64,000 nucleotides of DNA from Abditibacteriaceae bacterium (GCA_031425655.1 JANPJS010000267.1:1-64000); one strand, 5' to 3'; positions 1 through 9,983 are shown, counted from the first letter of the stretch. The notes: generated from the letters alone by a model not told the origin. Program-made: numbers and translations.

Positions 1-26
1 GAGCGGCAAAGCCGCTCTTTAGCTTC

Positions 27-44
27 CTTAACTTAATGCCATTG
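27..44. mobile_element. Possible IS4-family/MITE terminal inverted repeat (one end only)
   Basis: CTTAACTTAATGCCATTG; its reverse complement CAATGGCATTAAGTTAAG resembles IS4-type termini; partner end not in window. Confidence 0.35.
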
Positions 45-91
45 GTCCTTAGCCCCGCTGAAAAAGACAGAGGAAGTCATGAAAGGACATT

Positions 92-829
92 ATGCAATTC
101 ACAGGAAAAATCGCCTTCGTAACGGGCGCCAGTCGTGGTATCGGACGCGCTATTGCGCAGCGTTTGGCGCAGGACGGCGCTGCTATTGGCGTGCATTATA
201 AAAGCAACGAAGGCGCCGCGCGCGAAGTTGTAAGCACAATCGAAAGCGATGGAGGCCGCGCCGTCGCTCTGCAAGCCGATTTAAGCAAGAGTGACGAAGT
301 GCGAAACTTGTGGCGTGAATTTGATGAATGCTTCGACGGACTTGATATTTTGGTCAACAATGCGGGCTGGGCCGACTTCAAGCCGCTGGAAAACGTGCAG
401 GAAAGCGATTTCGATGCGATTTTCAACCTCAACGTGCGCGGTTTGTTTTTCAATACGCAGGAAGGCGCGCGGCGGCTGCGCGACGAAGGACGTATCGTGA
501 ATATCTCCAGCGGCATCACGCGCGCGAATGTCGCCGGAGGCTCGGTTTATAGCGGCTCAAAAGCCGCCGTCGAAGCGTTTACGCGCTGCTGGTCGGCGGA
601 ATTGGCGCCGCGCCGCATTACGGTCAATACGGTTTCGCCGGGCATGACCGAAACCGATTTGTTGATGGATGCGATTTCGCCCGAAGTGTTGGCAGGAATG
701 GTTGCGCAAACGCCTCTGGGCCGTCTGGGGCAGCCCGCCGACATCGCCGATGTGGTCGCGTTTTTATGTTCCGACCAAGCCCGTTGGCTGACCGCGCAAA
801 ATCTGCTGGCCAACGGCGGAGTTGGTTAG
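92..829 (+). CDS. Short-chain dehydrogenase/reductase (FabG-like SDR)
   Basis: TGASRGIG, NNAG and YSGSK motifs; GAAAGGA RBS upstream. Confidence 0.93.
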   Translation: MQFTGKIAFVTGASRGIGRAIAQRLAQDGAAIGVHYKSNEGAAREVVSTIESDGGRAVALQADLSKSDEVRNLWREFDECFDGLDILVNNAGWADFKPLENVQESDFDAIFNLNVRGLFFNTQEGARRLRDEGRIVNISSGITRANVAGGSVYSGSKAAVEAFTRCWSAELAPRRITVNTVSPGMTETDLLMDAISPEVLAGMVAQTPLGRLGQPADIADVVAFLCSDQARWLTAQNLLANGGVG

Positions 830-944
830 CGGACGGCAGGAGGCAGGAGGCGGGAGGCAGTTAATAAGTGCGGGAAAAGAGTTTGGCTTTTCGCGCCAAG
901 TCTTACGTTCCATACTGCCGACAGCCTCCCGCTTACTGCCGACT
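828..944. repeat. Inverted heptamer tandem arrays (GGCAGGA-type)
   Basis: ggcagga ggcagga ggcggga ggcagt ... actgccgacagcctcccgcttactgccgact. Confidence 0.65.
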
Positions 945-959
945 GGGAAAAGGGTTTTC

Positions 960-2648
960 ATGGAAATTTTCGACATTTTCAATACTTCGCGCTTCATGCC
1001 GCGCGATGTGTGTGGTAACTGGACGCCGGCGCTCATTTATTTTCATAACGTGAGCGATTTTTTCATCTGGGCGGCTTATGTGGCTATTCCCGTAGTGCTG
1101 CTGAGCTTCGCATATCGGCGGCGTGGTGAGCTTCCGTTTCAGCAATTATTCTGGCTGTTCGGCTTGTTCATTGTGGCGTGCGGCACCACGCATCTGATGG
1201 ACATCGTGCTGTTTTACAAGCCGCTTTACACGCTGTCAGGCTGGATTAAGCTCATCACAGCAGCCGCGAGTTGGGGCACCGTCATCGCGTTGTTTCACGT
1301 CGTGCCGCGCGCGTTGCTCATGCAAAGCCCGGAAAAGCTGGAACACGAAATTCAAGAGCGCACGGCGCAACTGCAAGCAGTGAACGCACAGTTGGCACAA
1401 GCGAACGAGGCTAAAGATGAGCTTTTGCGGCGCGAACAGCAAGCGCTGCGCGAATCCGAAGACGCCAATCGCGCCAAAGACGCCTTTTTAGCAGCCGTGT
1501 CACACGAATTGCGCACGCCTTTGACTTCGATGCTGGGCTGGGCCTCGTTAATGAACACTTACGATGTGCCCGACGCGCCGACGGTTCACAAAGCGATGAC
1601 TGCCATCGAACGCAACGCCCGTTCGCAATCGCAAATTATTGACGACTTGTTGGACGTATCGCGCATTGTTGCCGGGAAAATGAGCCTTGATATGCGGCCT
1701 CTCGAAGTAGCGCCGATTGTTGAAGCTGCGCTGGATACGGTGCATCCGGCGGCGCAGGCCAAAAGTATCACTATCAATACCGATCTGGGGACGGACACGC
1801 CGCCGGGCACTTATAAAGTGAGCGGCGATGCCGCGCGCATACAACAAACCGTGTGGAATTTGGTGTCGAACGCGGTCAAATTTACGCCCAGAGGCGGAAA
1901 CGTCTGGGTCGGCTTGGCGCGCGAGGAATCGTGCGTGGTTATCACCGTGCGCGACGACGGACAGGGCATCGAACCGCAGTTTTTACCGCACGTTTTCGAG
2001 CGATTTCGTCAGGCGGATGGTAGCTCAACGCGCAGGTTCGGCGGTCTGGGCTTAGGTTTGTCCATCGCGCGTCACCTCGTGGAAATGCACGGCGGCACCA
2101 TCGAAGCGCAGAGTGCCGGCGAGGGACAGGGTTCGACTCTCATCGTGCGCCTCCCCGTTTTAGCCATAGACGATGCGGCGCCGGGCACAAACGCAGCGCC
2201 CGACGCCGTTGGGGCGGCGCATATCGCCATTCCACCGACGATTTTGCGTGGTCTGCGCTTGCTGGTTGTCGAAGACGATGCCGACGCGCAGCAGATGATT
2301 ATCGCCGTCCTCGAACGCTTTGGCGCCAATGTCAGCAGCGCCGACGACGCCGAAACAGGTTTTGAAATGCTGCGCCGCGAGCGTCCCGATGTGCTGATTT
2401 CCGACATTGGATTGCCCATTGAAGACGGTTATTCGCTGATGGCGCGCATCCGCGACCTGCCGTCCGCTGAAGGTGGGCGCACACCCGCCGCCGCCCTGAC
2501 CGCTTTCGCCGGCCCGAACGACCGCCTGCGCGCTTTGGCTGCCGGCTTCCAAGTGCATTTAGCCAAGCCCGTCCAGACCTCGGAGTTGGTCGTGGCTGTC
2601 GCCGGTCTCGCCGGACGCAGCATTAACCGAGTGACGAGTTACGAGTGA
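960..2648 (+). CDS. Hybrid sensor histidine kinase with N-terminal ethylene-receptor-type membrane domain, HisKA, HATPase and receiver
   Basis: SDFFIWAAYVAIP and FIVACGTTH; SHELRTPL; NAVKFT; GLGLGL; C-terminal receiver (VVEDD, ISDIGLP, KP). Start set at ATG 960 because the upstream ORF extension is repeat-derived. Confidence 0.92.
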   Translation: MEIFDIFNTSRFMPRDVCGNWTPALIYFHNVSDFFIWAAYVAIPVVLLSFAYRRRGELPFQQLFWLFGLFIVACGTTHLMDIVLFYKPLYTLSGWIKLITAAASWGTVIALFHVVPRALLMQSPEKLEHEIQERTAQLQAVNAQLAQANEAKDELLRREQQALRESEDANRAKDAFLAAVSHELRTPLTSMLGWASLMNTYDVPDAPTVHKAMTAIERNARSQSQIIDDLLDVSRIVAGKMSLDMRPLEVAPIVEAALDTVHPAAQAKSITINTDLGTDTPPGTYKVSGDAARIQQTVWNLVSNAVKFTPRGGNVWVGLAREESCVVITVRDDGQGIEPQFLPHVFERFRQADGSSTRRFGGLGLGLSIARHLVEMHGGTIEAQSAGEGQGSTLIVRLPVLAIDDAAPGTNAAPDAVGAAHIAIPPTILRGLRLLVVEDDADAQQMIIAVLERFGANVSSADDAETGFEMLRRERPDVLISDIGLPIEDGYSLMARIRDLPSAEGGRTPAAALTAFAGPNDRLRALAAGFQVHLAKPVQTSELVVAVAGLAGRSINRVTSYE

Positions 2649-2730
2649 CGAGCTACGAGTGAAAAGTAACGATTTCCTACTTTGCACTCGTCACTCGTCA
2701 CTCGTCATTCGTCACTCGTCACTCGTCACT
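2628..2730. repeat. Inverted heptamer tandem arrays (CGAGTGA / TCACTCG)
   Basis: About 5 CGAGTGA-like units, a short spacer, then about 6 CACTCGT units; left arm overlaps the kinase stop codon. Confidence 0.85.
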
Positions 2731-2734
2731 TCCC

Positions 2735-5212
2735 ATGAGCACACCGTTTGAGGCCGGGCAAATTGGGTTTTTGCAGCATCGCGTTGGCGACCTGATTAAA
2801 GGTCGTTACGAAGTGCTGCAACGGCTCGGTGGCGGCAATTTTGGCTCGGTTTACAAAGTGCGCGACCGCGCTCTTGAACACGATTTAGCCTGCAAAGAAC
2901 TGCACGTTTTAGACGACCCCGACACGGCGCACAACGAGCGCGAAGCGGCTCTGGCGCTTTTCAAACGCGAGGCGCTGAATCTGGCGACGCTGCGCCATCC
3001 CAACATTCCGGCGGCGTATTTCGATCAGGAAGAAGGCGTTTGGCACGTTTGCCCGCGCTGCGGCTTTGATTACGCGACGATGGCAGACCCTGCCCCTCCC
3101 TCCGGGAGGGGAGAAACTCCTCCCCCACCGGGGGAGGTTGGGTGGGGGTTAGGGCAAACCTCCAACTTTTGCCCGGTTCACGGCGCGCCATTGCTGCGTT
3201 TGGCCGAACGCCATTATTTGATGATGGACTTCGTGGATGGGCCGACGCTGGAAGATTTAGCCGTCGCGTCGGCGCGCAAAAGCAAGCCGTTGGACGAAAA
3301 ACAATGCCTGGAATGGATCGGGCAAATCGCTTCGGCGCTGCGTTCGCTGCATCGCGTCGGCATCATTCACCGCGATGTGAAGCCGGAAAACATCAAGATT
3401 CGACGCAGCGACGGCATCGCCATGCTGCTCGATTTCGGCCTGACGCGCAAAGTCGAAGAAGCCAGCGGCTACGGCACGGTTCGCCTGCGCGGAACCGGGC
3501 GCATGGGCACGCCCGGCTACGCGCCGGCCAGCATGGCCGAGATGGAGCGTCCCGAATGCCGCACCGATATTTACGCACTGGGCATGACGCTGTTTCGCAT
3601 TCTCACGGGCCGCGACCCGCAGGAACAAGCACAATTAGCCGAAATGCGCGCTTATTCGCCGCGTTATTTTAATGGCCAAATTTCGCCGGAAGCCGACCGC
3701 CTGATTCGCACCGCAGCGGCAATTGACATCACGCGGCGCCATCAAAGCATTGACTTGTTTTTAGATGAACTGAACGCGATTCAGGGCACGCGACAAGTGG
3801 CGTTTACTGCGCCTCCGTTCACGTTTTCCAGCGGGCAAAGCGCTCGCACCACGCTCGAATTGGCGCGCCTCATCGAAGCGCGGCCCGCCGAAGCGCAGGG
3901 TTATGTGTTTAGCGGCCTCATCGCCGATTGGCTGAAGCAAAACGGCTTCGCGGCGCCCGCCAAAGTCGCTGGGGAAGTCGTAAAAAAGCTCGAAGACAAG
4001 CCGCGCCGCGCCGTAGAATTGGTGCGCCGCGCCCTTTATCCGGGCGGCGCGGCGGCGGCTTTGTCGCCTCCGCGCGCTGAACCCAGTGCGCTCGATTTCG
4101 GCGCGCTCGACAGCGGCGAAACCAGTTCGCGCAAGCTGCGCGTGTTTCACGATGGGCCGGGCTTCGCGTGGGGCGAAATCAGCGCCGACGGCACGGCGGC
4201 CTCGCCGGGTTTGCAGTTTCGTTCGGCCTTCGAGGGCAACGACGTGACGTTGGAAATCACGCTCGATACCGGCAAAGTGCCGGCGGGCGAATATCGCGGC
4301 GCCTTAGTCATCAAAACTGACGCCGCGCAAACCAGAGTGCCGGTTAATTACGTCGTCAACGCGCTGAATTTGACCATCGAGCCGGCGGAGCTTGATTTGG
4401 GCGTGGTGCAAATCGGCAGGCGCGCGGGGCAAACGCTGCTCGTGAAAAACAACAGCGAAACGGGCCGTGCGCGCGGCGTGATTCACGCGAATGGGCATCT
4501 CAAAGGCTTGATTGTTCCCGAACGCTTCGAGGGCGAGGCGCCGCTGGAAATTGTGGTGGACGGACGCGCGCCGGGCGTTATCGCCGGGTTTTACGATGGC
4601 GCCTTGCGCTTGGATACCAACGGCGGCACCTTTCGCGTGCCGCTGCGCTACGCTTTAACGCTTCCGCCGCACCGTTTGACCGCGCTTTTGCTCAAAACCA
4701 TTGCCATCGGCGCGCTCGGCGCAATCGTTGGCCGGCTGGCTTACGTTTTCGTGAATCCCGGCTACGCGGCGCAATGGCTGACTTCCACTGAGCGTCCGGC
4801 GCAAGTGGCGCCGCTGGAATTCAAAACTCTCGCGCCCTTAGTGTTAGGCATCGTTTTGGGCGTTTTGTTGATGCGCCTGCCGCGTCCGAAAACCGCCAAG
4901 CGTTTCGAGCCGCTGCTGCCGATTGCGGCTTTGCTGTGCGGTGTGGCCGGAGGCTGGCTCGTCGCATCACTGGGGCATTTTACGCTGGCCTTAGGCGATT
5001 ATTTGCTGCATCCTTTGGCCGCGCGCACGCATTTCGCGCCGCAAAATGTGCTGCTGTGGTGGGCGATTTTGGGCGCTGGAATTGGCTCCGTGATCGGATT
5101 GGGGCGCGCCGCGATTGTCTTCGGACGCCGCTGGGTGCGTTATTTAGTGCCCGCCGTGCTGTCGTTGGCGTTTCTCGTTTTATTCATCCACGCGGTGCTG
5201 TTCGCGGGATGA
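2735..5212 (+). CDS. Hanks-type Ser/Thr protein kinase with Zn-ribbon insert, beta-sandwich repeats and C-terminal transmembrane helices
   Basis: LGGGNFGSVY, ACKE, HRDVKPEN, DFG, GTPGY; CPRCG...CPVHG; hydrophobic C-terminus. Confidence 0.9.
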   Translation: MSTPFEAGQIGFLQHRVGDLIKGRYEVLQRLGGGNFGSVYKVRDRALEHDLACKELHVLDDPDTAHNEREAALALFKREALNLATLRHPNIPAAYFDQEEGVWHVCPRCGFDYATMADPAPPSGRGETPPPPGEVGWGLGQTSNFCPVHGAPLLRLAERHYLMMDFVDGPTLEDLAVASARKSKPLDEKQCLEWIGQIASALRSLHRVGIIHRDVKPENIKIRRSDGIAMLLDFGLTRKVEEASGYGTVRLRGTGRMGTPGYAPASMAEMERPECRTDIYALGMTLFRILTGRDPQEQAQLAEMRAYSPRYFNGQISPEADRLIRTAAAIDITRRHQSIDLFLDELNAIQGTRQVAFTAPPFTFSSGQSARTTLELARLIEARPAEAQGYVFSGLIADWLKQNGFAAPAKVAGEVVKKLEDKPRRAVELVRRALYPGGAAAALSPPRAEPSALDFGALDSGETSSRKLRVFHDGPGFAWGEISADGTAASPGLQFRSAFEGNDVTLEITLDTGKVPAGEYRGALVIKTDAAQTRVPVNYVVNALNLTIEPAELDLGVVQIGRRAGQTLLVKNNSETGRARGVIHANGHLKGLIVPERFEGEAPLEIVVDGRAPGVIAGFYDGALRLDTNGGTFRVPLRYALTLPPHRLTALLLKTIAIGALGAIVGRLAYVFVNPGYAAQWLTSTERPAQVAPLEFKTLAPLVLGIVLGVLLMRLPRPKTAKRFEPLLPIAALLCGVAGGWLVASLGHFTLALGDYLLHPLAARTHFAPQNVLLWWAILGAGIGSVIGLGRAAIVFGRRWVRYLVPAVLSLAFLVLFIHAVLFAG
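3086..3155. repeat. Palindromic CCCCTCCC/GGGAGGGG element lying in frame within the kinase gene
   Basis: Two hairpins (cccctccc-tcc-gggagggg; cctccccc-acc-gggggagg); same family as the intergenic element at 6623-6752. Confidence 0.75.
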
Positions 5213-5217
5213 AATTT

Positions 5218-5286
5218 AACCGCCAAGACGCCAAGTGCGCCAAGATTTGAATGCCGTTCTTGGCGCACTTGGCGTCTTGGCGGTTT
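5218..5286. repeat. REP-like inverted repeat (AACCGCCAAGACGCCAAG family)
   Basis: aaccgccaagacgccaag ... cttggcgtcttggcggtt; related copy at 8148-8210. Confidence 0.8.
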
Positions 5287-5296
5287 CACAGTTTTC

Positions 5297-6427
5297 ATGA
5301 AGATTTTGCACATTCTCGAAGCGACACAAGGCGGCACGCGGCGGCACGTTCTCGATTTGCTGCCGGCTTTAGTCGCGCGCGGCGTTGCTTGCGATTTGGT
5401 TTATTCGCCCGAACGCTACGCGCCGTTTCGTCGCGATGCTGCATGGCTCGAAGAACGCGGCGTGCGCTGTTTTGAAATCGGCATGGCGCGCGGCTGGGGC
5501 GGGCGCCGCGATGCCGATGCGCTACTGGCATTGCGCGCCCACCTGAAAAAGCATCGCTACAATGCGATTCACTGCCACTCGACCAAAGCCGGTTTTATCG
5601 GGCGCTTAGCCGCGCCGTTGGCCATGCCCGTGGTTTATACGCCGCATTGCATCGCTTTCGATACCTCGCTGCCGCGCGTGCAGCGCCGCGCCGCGCGCGT
5701 GGTGGAAAAGCTGCTGGCTCCGCGCACGCGCCGTTTTATCGCGGTGTCGCGTCACGAAGCGCGCGTCATTTTGCGCGCCGGGTTGTGTGGCCCCAACCGT
5801 GTCAGCGTGATTTACAACGGCGTGGATTTGCCCGCTTTCGAGGCGCTGCAAGCTCCGTCTTCATCCCTCATCTCCTGCCCAGAGGGCGCCCGTCCCTCAT
5901 CCCTCGTTATCGGTTGTTTCGGCAGATTGACGCGCCAGAAGAATCAGGCGGCGCTGTTGTGCGCTTTGCCAGCTTTGCGCCGCGTGGTTCCCGGCGCGCG
6001 ATTGTTTTTAGTCGGCAGCGGCGAAGACGAAACGGCATTGGGCGCTCTGGCGGAAAAGCTCGGCATCAGCGACGGCGTTACGTTTGCCGGCGAAATCGAA
6101 GAAGCGCGGCCACTTTATGCCGCTTGCGACATCGTGGCGCAGCCTTCGCGCTGGGAAGGCTGTCCGTATTCGATTTTAGAAGCGATGGCGGCGCGCCGTG
6201 CTGTTGTAGCCTCGGCGGTGGGTGGCGTGCCCGAAGTGGTTTCCGCCGACGCCGGCATCGCTTATCATCCAACGCGCCCCGGCATTTTATCCGATCATCT
6301 CATCGCTCTGGCGTGCGACGAAAGTTGGCGTCAGAAGCTCGCCGATGCCGCGCGCCATCGCCTCGAAGAGCGCTTCGAGGCCGCGCGCATGGTAGCGGCG
6401 ACGGCCCAGATTTACGAGCTTTTATAA
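5297..6427 (+). CDS. Glycosyltransferase family 4
   Basis: GGTRRHV, HCHSTKAG, YTPH, GRLTRQKNQ, EGCPYSILEAMA. Confidence 0.92.
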   Translation: MKILHILEATQGGTRRHVLDLLPALVARGVACDLVYSPERYAPFRRDAAWLEERGVRCFEIGMARGWGGRRDADALLALRAHLKKHRYNAIHCHSTKAGFIGRLAAPLAMPVVYTPHCIAFDTSLPRVQRRAARVVEKLLAPRTRRFIAVSRHEARVILRAGLCGPNRVSVIYNGVDLPAFEALQAPSSSLISCPEGARPSSLVIGCFGRLTRQKNQAALLCALPALRRVVPGARLFLVGSGEDETALGALAEKLGISDGVTFAGEIEEARPLYAACDIVAQPSRWEGCPYSILEAMAARRAVVASAVGGVPEVVSADAGIAYHPTRPGILSDHLIALACDESWRQKLADAARHRLEERFEAARMVAATAQIYELL

Positions 6428-6622
6428 CCCAAAAGAGTGGTAAATCGTGCCGTTTTTGTAAAAGCGAAGCTGTGCGATGCTCGCAAAGCCGCGTTTTCAC
6501 AGAATCCGGCTTATCCTTAAATCCCTTCTTACAGTGTGGCGCGGGAGTTATCAATGCAGCGGCTCCGACGATTTAAAAGCTGGAGATTTGCGGCTTATGA
6601 GAACGTAAATAACCCCGGTTGT

Positions 6623-6752
6623 TACTGGTGGCGGAACCCTCCCCTAACCCCTCCCGTTGGAGGGGAACACGCTTTTCCAGCCCAACTTTGAACCACAATG
6701 GCGTAAATTCCCCTCCAACGGGAGGGGTTAGGGGAGGGTTCCGCCACCAGTA
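6623..6752. repeat. 45-bp perfect inverted repeat (CCCTCCCCTAACCCCTCCC family)
   Basis: 6623-6667 is the reverse complement of 6708-6752. Confidence 0.9.
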
Positions 6753-6911
6753 GCGTTTATACCCGAATTAGGTAGCAACTCATGCTAAATAGGCTTTTTC
6801 CACGTCCAGCCTCTAACCTCCAGCCCCCAGCCTCTTCTGACGCTTTGCGCTGTTTTGCGTTATAATGCGCGCCGATTGAGGCTCGCGCGCTTAAGCGCTC
6901 CCGGAAAGATT

Positions 6912-7595
6912 ATGATCAACATCGCGCTCTGCTCCGCCGACCGCAAATACGTGCGCGAACTGCGGCTTCAACTCATCGGCTGGGGCTACCGGCCCTGGAT
7001 GGCCGACCCCGAAGAATCGTTCGTTGATCAGATTCACGAGCGCGGCGCCGACTTGATGATCATTGATTTCACGGCGCCCATCGGCACACCGGTTAACGTG
7101 GTGCGCACGCTCAAATCCGACCGCGAGATGAAGCACATTCCTATCGTGGCTCTCGTGGACGCCCGCGAAGCGCCGAACCTTGATTTCGCCATCGGTTTGG
7201 AAGACTTTTTGGTGCGCAGCGACAGCTTCGACGAGCTGAACACGCGCATTCGCTTCGTGCTGTGGCGCTTGTCGAAAGTAGATTCCAAAGACACCATCAA
7301 AGCCGGTTCATTGGTGATGAATTTGGCTTCTTATCAAGCTTCGGTGAAGGGCGAACCGCTGGATTTGACTTATAAGGAATTCGAGCTGCTGCGCTTTTTG
7401 ATGACGCATCGCGGGCGCGTTTTCAGCCGCGATGCTCTTCTGCGCCACGTTTGGGGCGAAGAATATTTGGGCGGCACTCGCACCGTGGACGTGCATATTC
7501 GCCGTCTGCGCGCCAAAATCGGCCCGCAGTTCGACGAGTTAATCCAGACGGTGCGTAATGTCGGTTATAAGATGATTGAAGAAAATAAAGGGTGA
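6912..7595 (+). CDS. OmpR-family response regulator, GlnR-like, with atypical receiver domain
   Basis: wHTH LDLTYKEFELL...VWG...GGTRTVDVHIRRLRAK; directly upstream of glnB-glnA; TATAAT at 6861. Confidence 0.85.
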   Translation: MINIALCSADRKYVRELRLQLIGWGYRPWMADPEESFVDQIHERGADLMIIDFTAPIGTPVNVVRTLKSDREMKHIPIVALVDAREAPNLDFAIGLEDFLVRSDSFDELNTRIRFVLWRLSKVDSKDTIKAGSLVMNLASYQASVKGEPLDLTYKEFELLRFLMTHRGRVFSRDALLRHVWGEEYLGGTRTVDVHIRRLRAKIGPQFDELIQTVRNVGYKMIEENKG

Positions 7596-7659
7596 GGCTT
7601 GATGCTGGATTCTTGATGCCGACTATCCAGCATCAAGTATCGAGCATCGAGCCTCAACT

Positions 7660-7702
7660 TTTACGCCTTTGAAACACAGTTGAAACACGCGCAAAGTAGA
7701 AT
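7660..7702 (+). promoter_or_regulatory. Putative GlnR-box-like site and -10 element of the glnB-glnA promoter
   Basis: TTTAC-n6-GAAAC-n6-GAAAC (7660-7686) followed by TAGAAT (7697-7702). Confidence 0.6.
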
Positions 7703-7794
7703 CGGAGAAAGCCTGTCGTGCGGCGCAGCAGCGGAGCAGAACCCAAAAGCCGGCATCCGACACGCAAAATCAACGAGGAACTTCGTAGAGGTGA

Positions 7795-8139
<345 letters not shown>

Positions 8140-8147
8140 TTGTTTTC

Positions 8148-8210
8148 AACCGCCAAGACGCCAAGACCACCAAGAATTTATCTTGGCGTTCTTGGCGTTC
8201 TTGGCGGTTA
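8148..8210. repeat. REP-like inverted repeat (AACCGCCAAGACGCCAAG family)
   Basis: aaccgccaagacgccaagaccaccaag ... cttggcgttcttggcgttcttggcggtt. Confidence 0.8.
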
Positions 8211-8237
8211 ATTTGAATCTTTCAGGAGACAAAACGA

Positions 8238-9695
8238 ATGGCGGATGTAAAAGCGGTCATCGAGATGGCCAAAGAAGCGGGCGTTGAATTCATTGACGTG
8301 AAGTTCACCGGTCTGTTGGGCGATATGCAGCACCTCACCTATCCGGTCGAGGCGCAACTGAACGAAGACTTTTTCAACGACGGCGTGGGCTTCGACGGCT
8401 CCAGCGTGCGTGGTTTTCAAACCATTGACAAGTCGGATATGCTGCTGCTGCCGGACGCGGATTCGGCCTTTATTGACCCGGTTTTCGATACTCCGACGCT
8501 GTCGGTTTTCGCCGACATCGTTGACCCTCTCACGCGTGAGCCGTATTCGCGCGACCCGCGTTACATCGTGCGTAAAGCCGTGCAATACATGAAGTCAACG
8601 GGCATCGCCGATACCGCGTTCTTCGGGCCGGAAGCCGAGTTCTTCTTGTTCAACGGCGTGTCGTTTGGCGGACATCGCGCGGCAGGCGGCGGCGACGGAC
8701 ACCATTCGCATTATAAGGTAGAGTCCTTAGATGGCGACTGGCACAACCAGCACGACGTTTACGACCCCGATACCGGCGAGTGGAATCCCGGACGCCGCAC
8801 GCGCAACAAAGGCGGCTACGTTCCGGTTCCCCCGACCGACAACCTGACCGAAGTGCGCAACGACATCGTGCGTAACCTGCACGCGGCGGGCATCGCCGTA
8901 GACGTGCATCACCACGAAGTCGCGTCCGGCGGGCAGTGCGAAATCGGTATCACCTTGCAGGAAATCGCCAAAATGTGCGACACGATGCAGATTCACAAAT
9001 ACATCGTGAAAAACGTCGCCGCCAATCATGGCCTGACCGCCACCTTCATGCCCAAGCCGATTTTCGGCGACAACGGCACCGGTATGCACTGCCACCAATC
9101 CATCTGGAAAGACGGCCAGACTTTGATGTTCGACGAGAACGGCTACGCTCAACTCTCTGACCTCGCGCGCTGGTATATCGGCGGCATTTTGAAGCACGCT
9201 CCGGCTCTTTTGGCCCTGACCAACCCGTCCACCAACTCGTATCACCGCTTGGTGCCGGGCTACGAAGCGCCGATTTACCTGCTTTATTCGCAGCGCAACC
9301 GCAGCGCGGCGGTTCGTATTCCGCTTTACTCGAAGTCGCCGAAATCGAAGCGCATCGAGTTCCGCACGCCCGACGTCACCGGCAACATTTACCTGAGCCT
9401 CGCCGCGCAACTCATGGCCGGGCTGGACGGCATCAAGAACAAGATTGATCCGGGTGATCCGTTCGACAAAGACCTTTACGAGTTGGAGCCGGAAGAAAAA
9501 GAAGGCATCCCAACCGTGCCGGGCAGTTTGGAAGAAGTGCTGGACGCTTTGGAAGCCGACAGCGACTTCCTCAAAGCCGGCGGCGTTTTCACCGACGACT
9601 TGCTGGAAATGTATATCGGCCTCAAGCGTGCCGACGTGGACGCCATCCGTTTGCGCCCGCATCCCTTCGAGTTCAACCTCTACTTCGACGTGTAA
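8238..9695 (+). CDS. glnA: Glutamine synthetase type I
   Basis: FDGSS, GPEAEFF, HHHEVA, ATFMPKP, NGTGMHCH, RLVPGYEAP, RIEFR; adenylylation-type loop DLYEL. Confidence 0.98.
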   Translation: MADVKAVIEMAKEAGVEFIDVKFTGLLGDMQHLTYPVEAQLNEDFFNDGVGFDGSSVRGFQTIDKSDMLLLPDADSAFIDPVFDTPTLSVFADIVDPLTREPYSRDPRYIVRKAVQYMKSTGIADTAFFGPEAEFFLFNGVSFGGHRAAGGGDGHHSHYKVESLDGDWHNQHDVYDPDTGEWNPGRRTRNKGGYVPVPPTDNLTEVRNDIVRNLHAAGIAVDVHHHEVASGGQCEIGITLQEIAKMCDTMQIHKYIVKNVAANHGLTATFMPKPIFGDNGTGMHCHQSIWKDGQTLMFDENGYAQLSDLARWYIGGILKHAPALLALTNPSTNSYHRLVPGYEAPIYLLYSQRNRSAAVRIPLYSKSPKSKRIEFRTPDVTGNIYLSLAAQLMAGLDGIKNKIDPGDPFDKDLYELEPEEKEGIPTVPGSLEEVLDALEADSDFLKAGGVFTDDLLEMYIGLKRADVDAIRLRPHPFEFNLYFDV

Positions 9696-9713
9696 AGCAC
9701 GTCCGAGACGAGA

Positions 9714-9750
9714 AAAGCCCCGCTTCCAATTGGACGCGGGGCTTTGTGTT
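9714..9750 (+). terminator. Intrinsic terminator after glnA
   Basis: aaagccccgc...gcggggctttgtgtt hairpin. Confidence 0.65.
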
Positions 9751-9983
9751 GGCGTAGAGGCGCAAGAGGTGGCGCTTCGTTTAGAATCTGCGATAGTGTG
9801 GATGCTTTAAAAGCAGTCGAGGCTTGGGCGATAATCTTTGTTAGAATCATTGCAACGCTGGCCATAATGCTGGTGTAAAGCTGTTCAATATCTGAAGATG
9901 CCGCAATGCTGCCATGCTCACAGAGTGGGCCGCGTTTGTTTTATGGAGCGATAAGGCTTGCCTTGCTGCTCAGAAGGAGTTTA

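Noticed and set aside
822..959. N-terminal extensions in the ORF track (also 6855, 20715, 32765, 32844, 36518, 42329, 46707, 46834, 49563)
   Set aside because: They run through repeats or intergenic DNA; better starts with RBS or signal peptide lie downstream.
2628..2730. Repeat arrays as possible CRISPR
   Set aside because: Units are 7-9 bp, tandem, without unique spacers; no cas genes in the window.
8727..9662. 311-aa antisense ORF over glnA (likewise 29487-30776, 33354-34394, 42565-43428, 45617-46456, 62596-63465)
   Set aside because: Shadow ORFs of well-supported genes in GC-rich DNA; no recognisable motifs.
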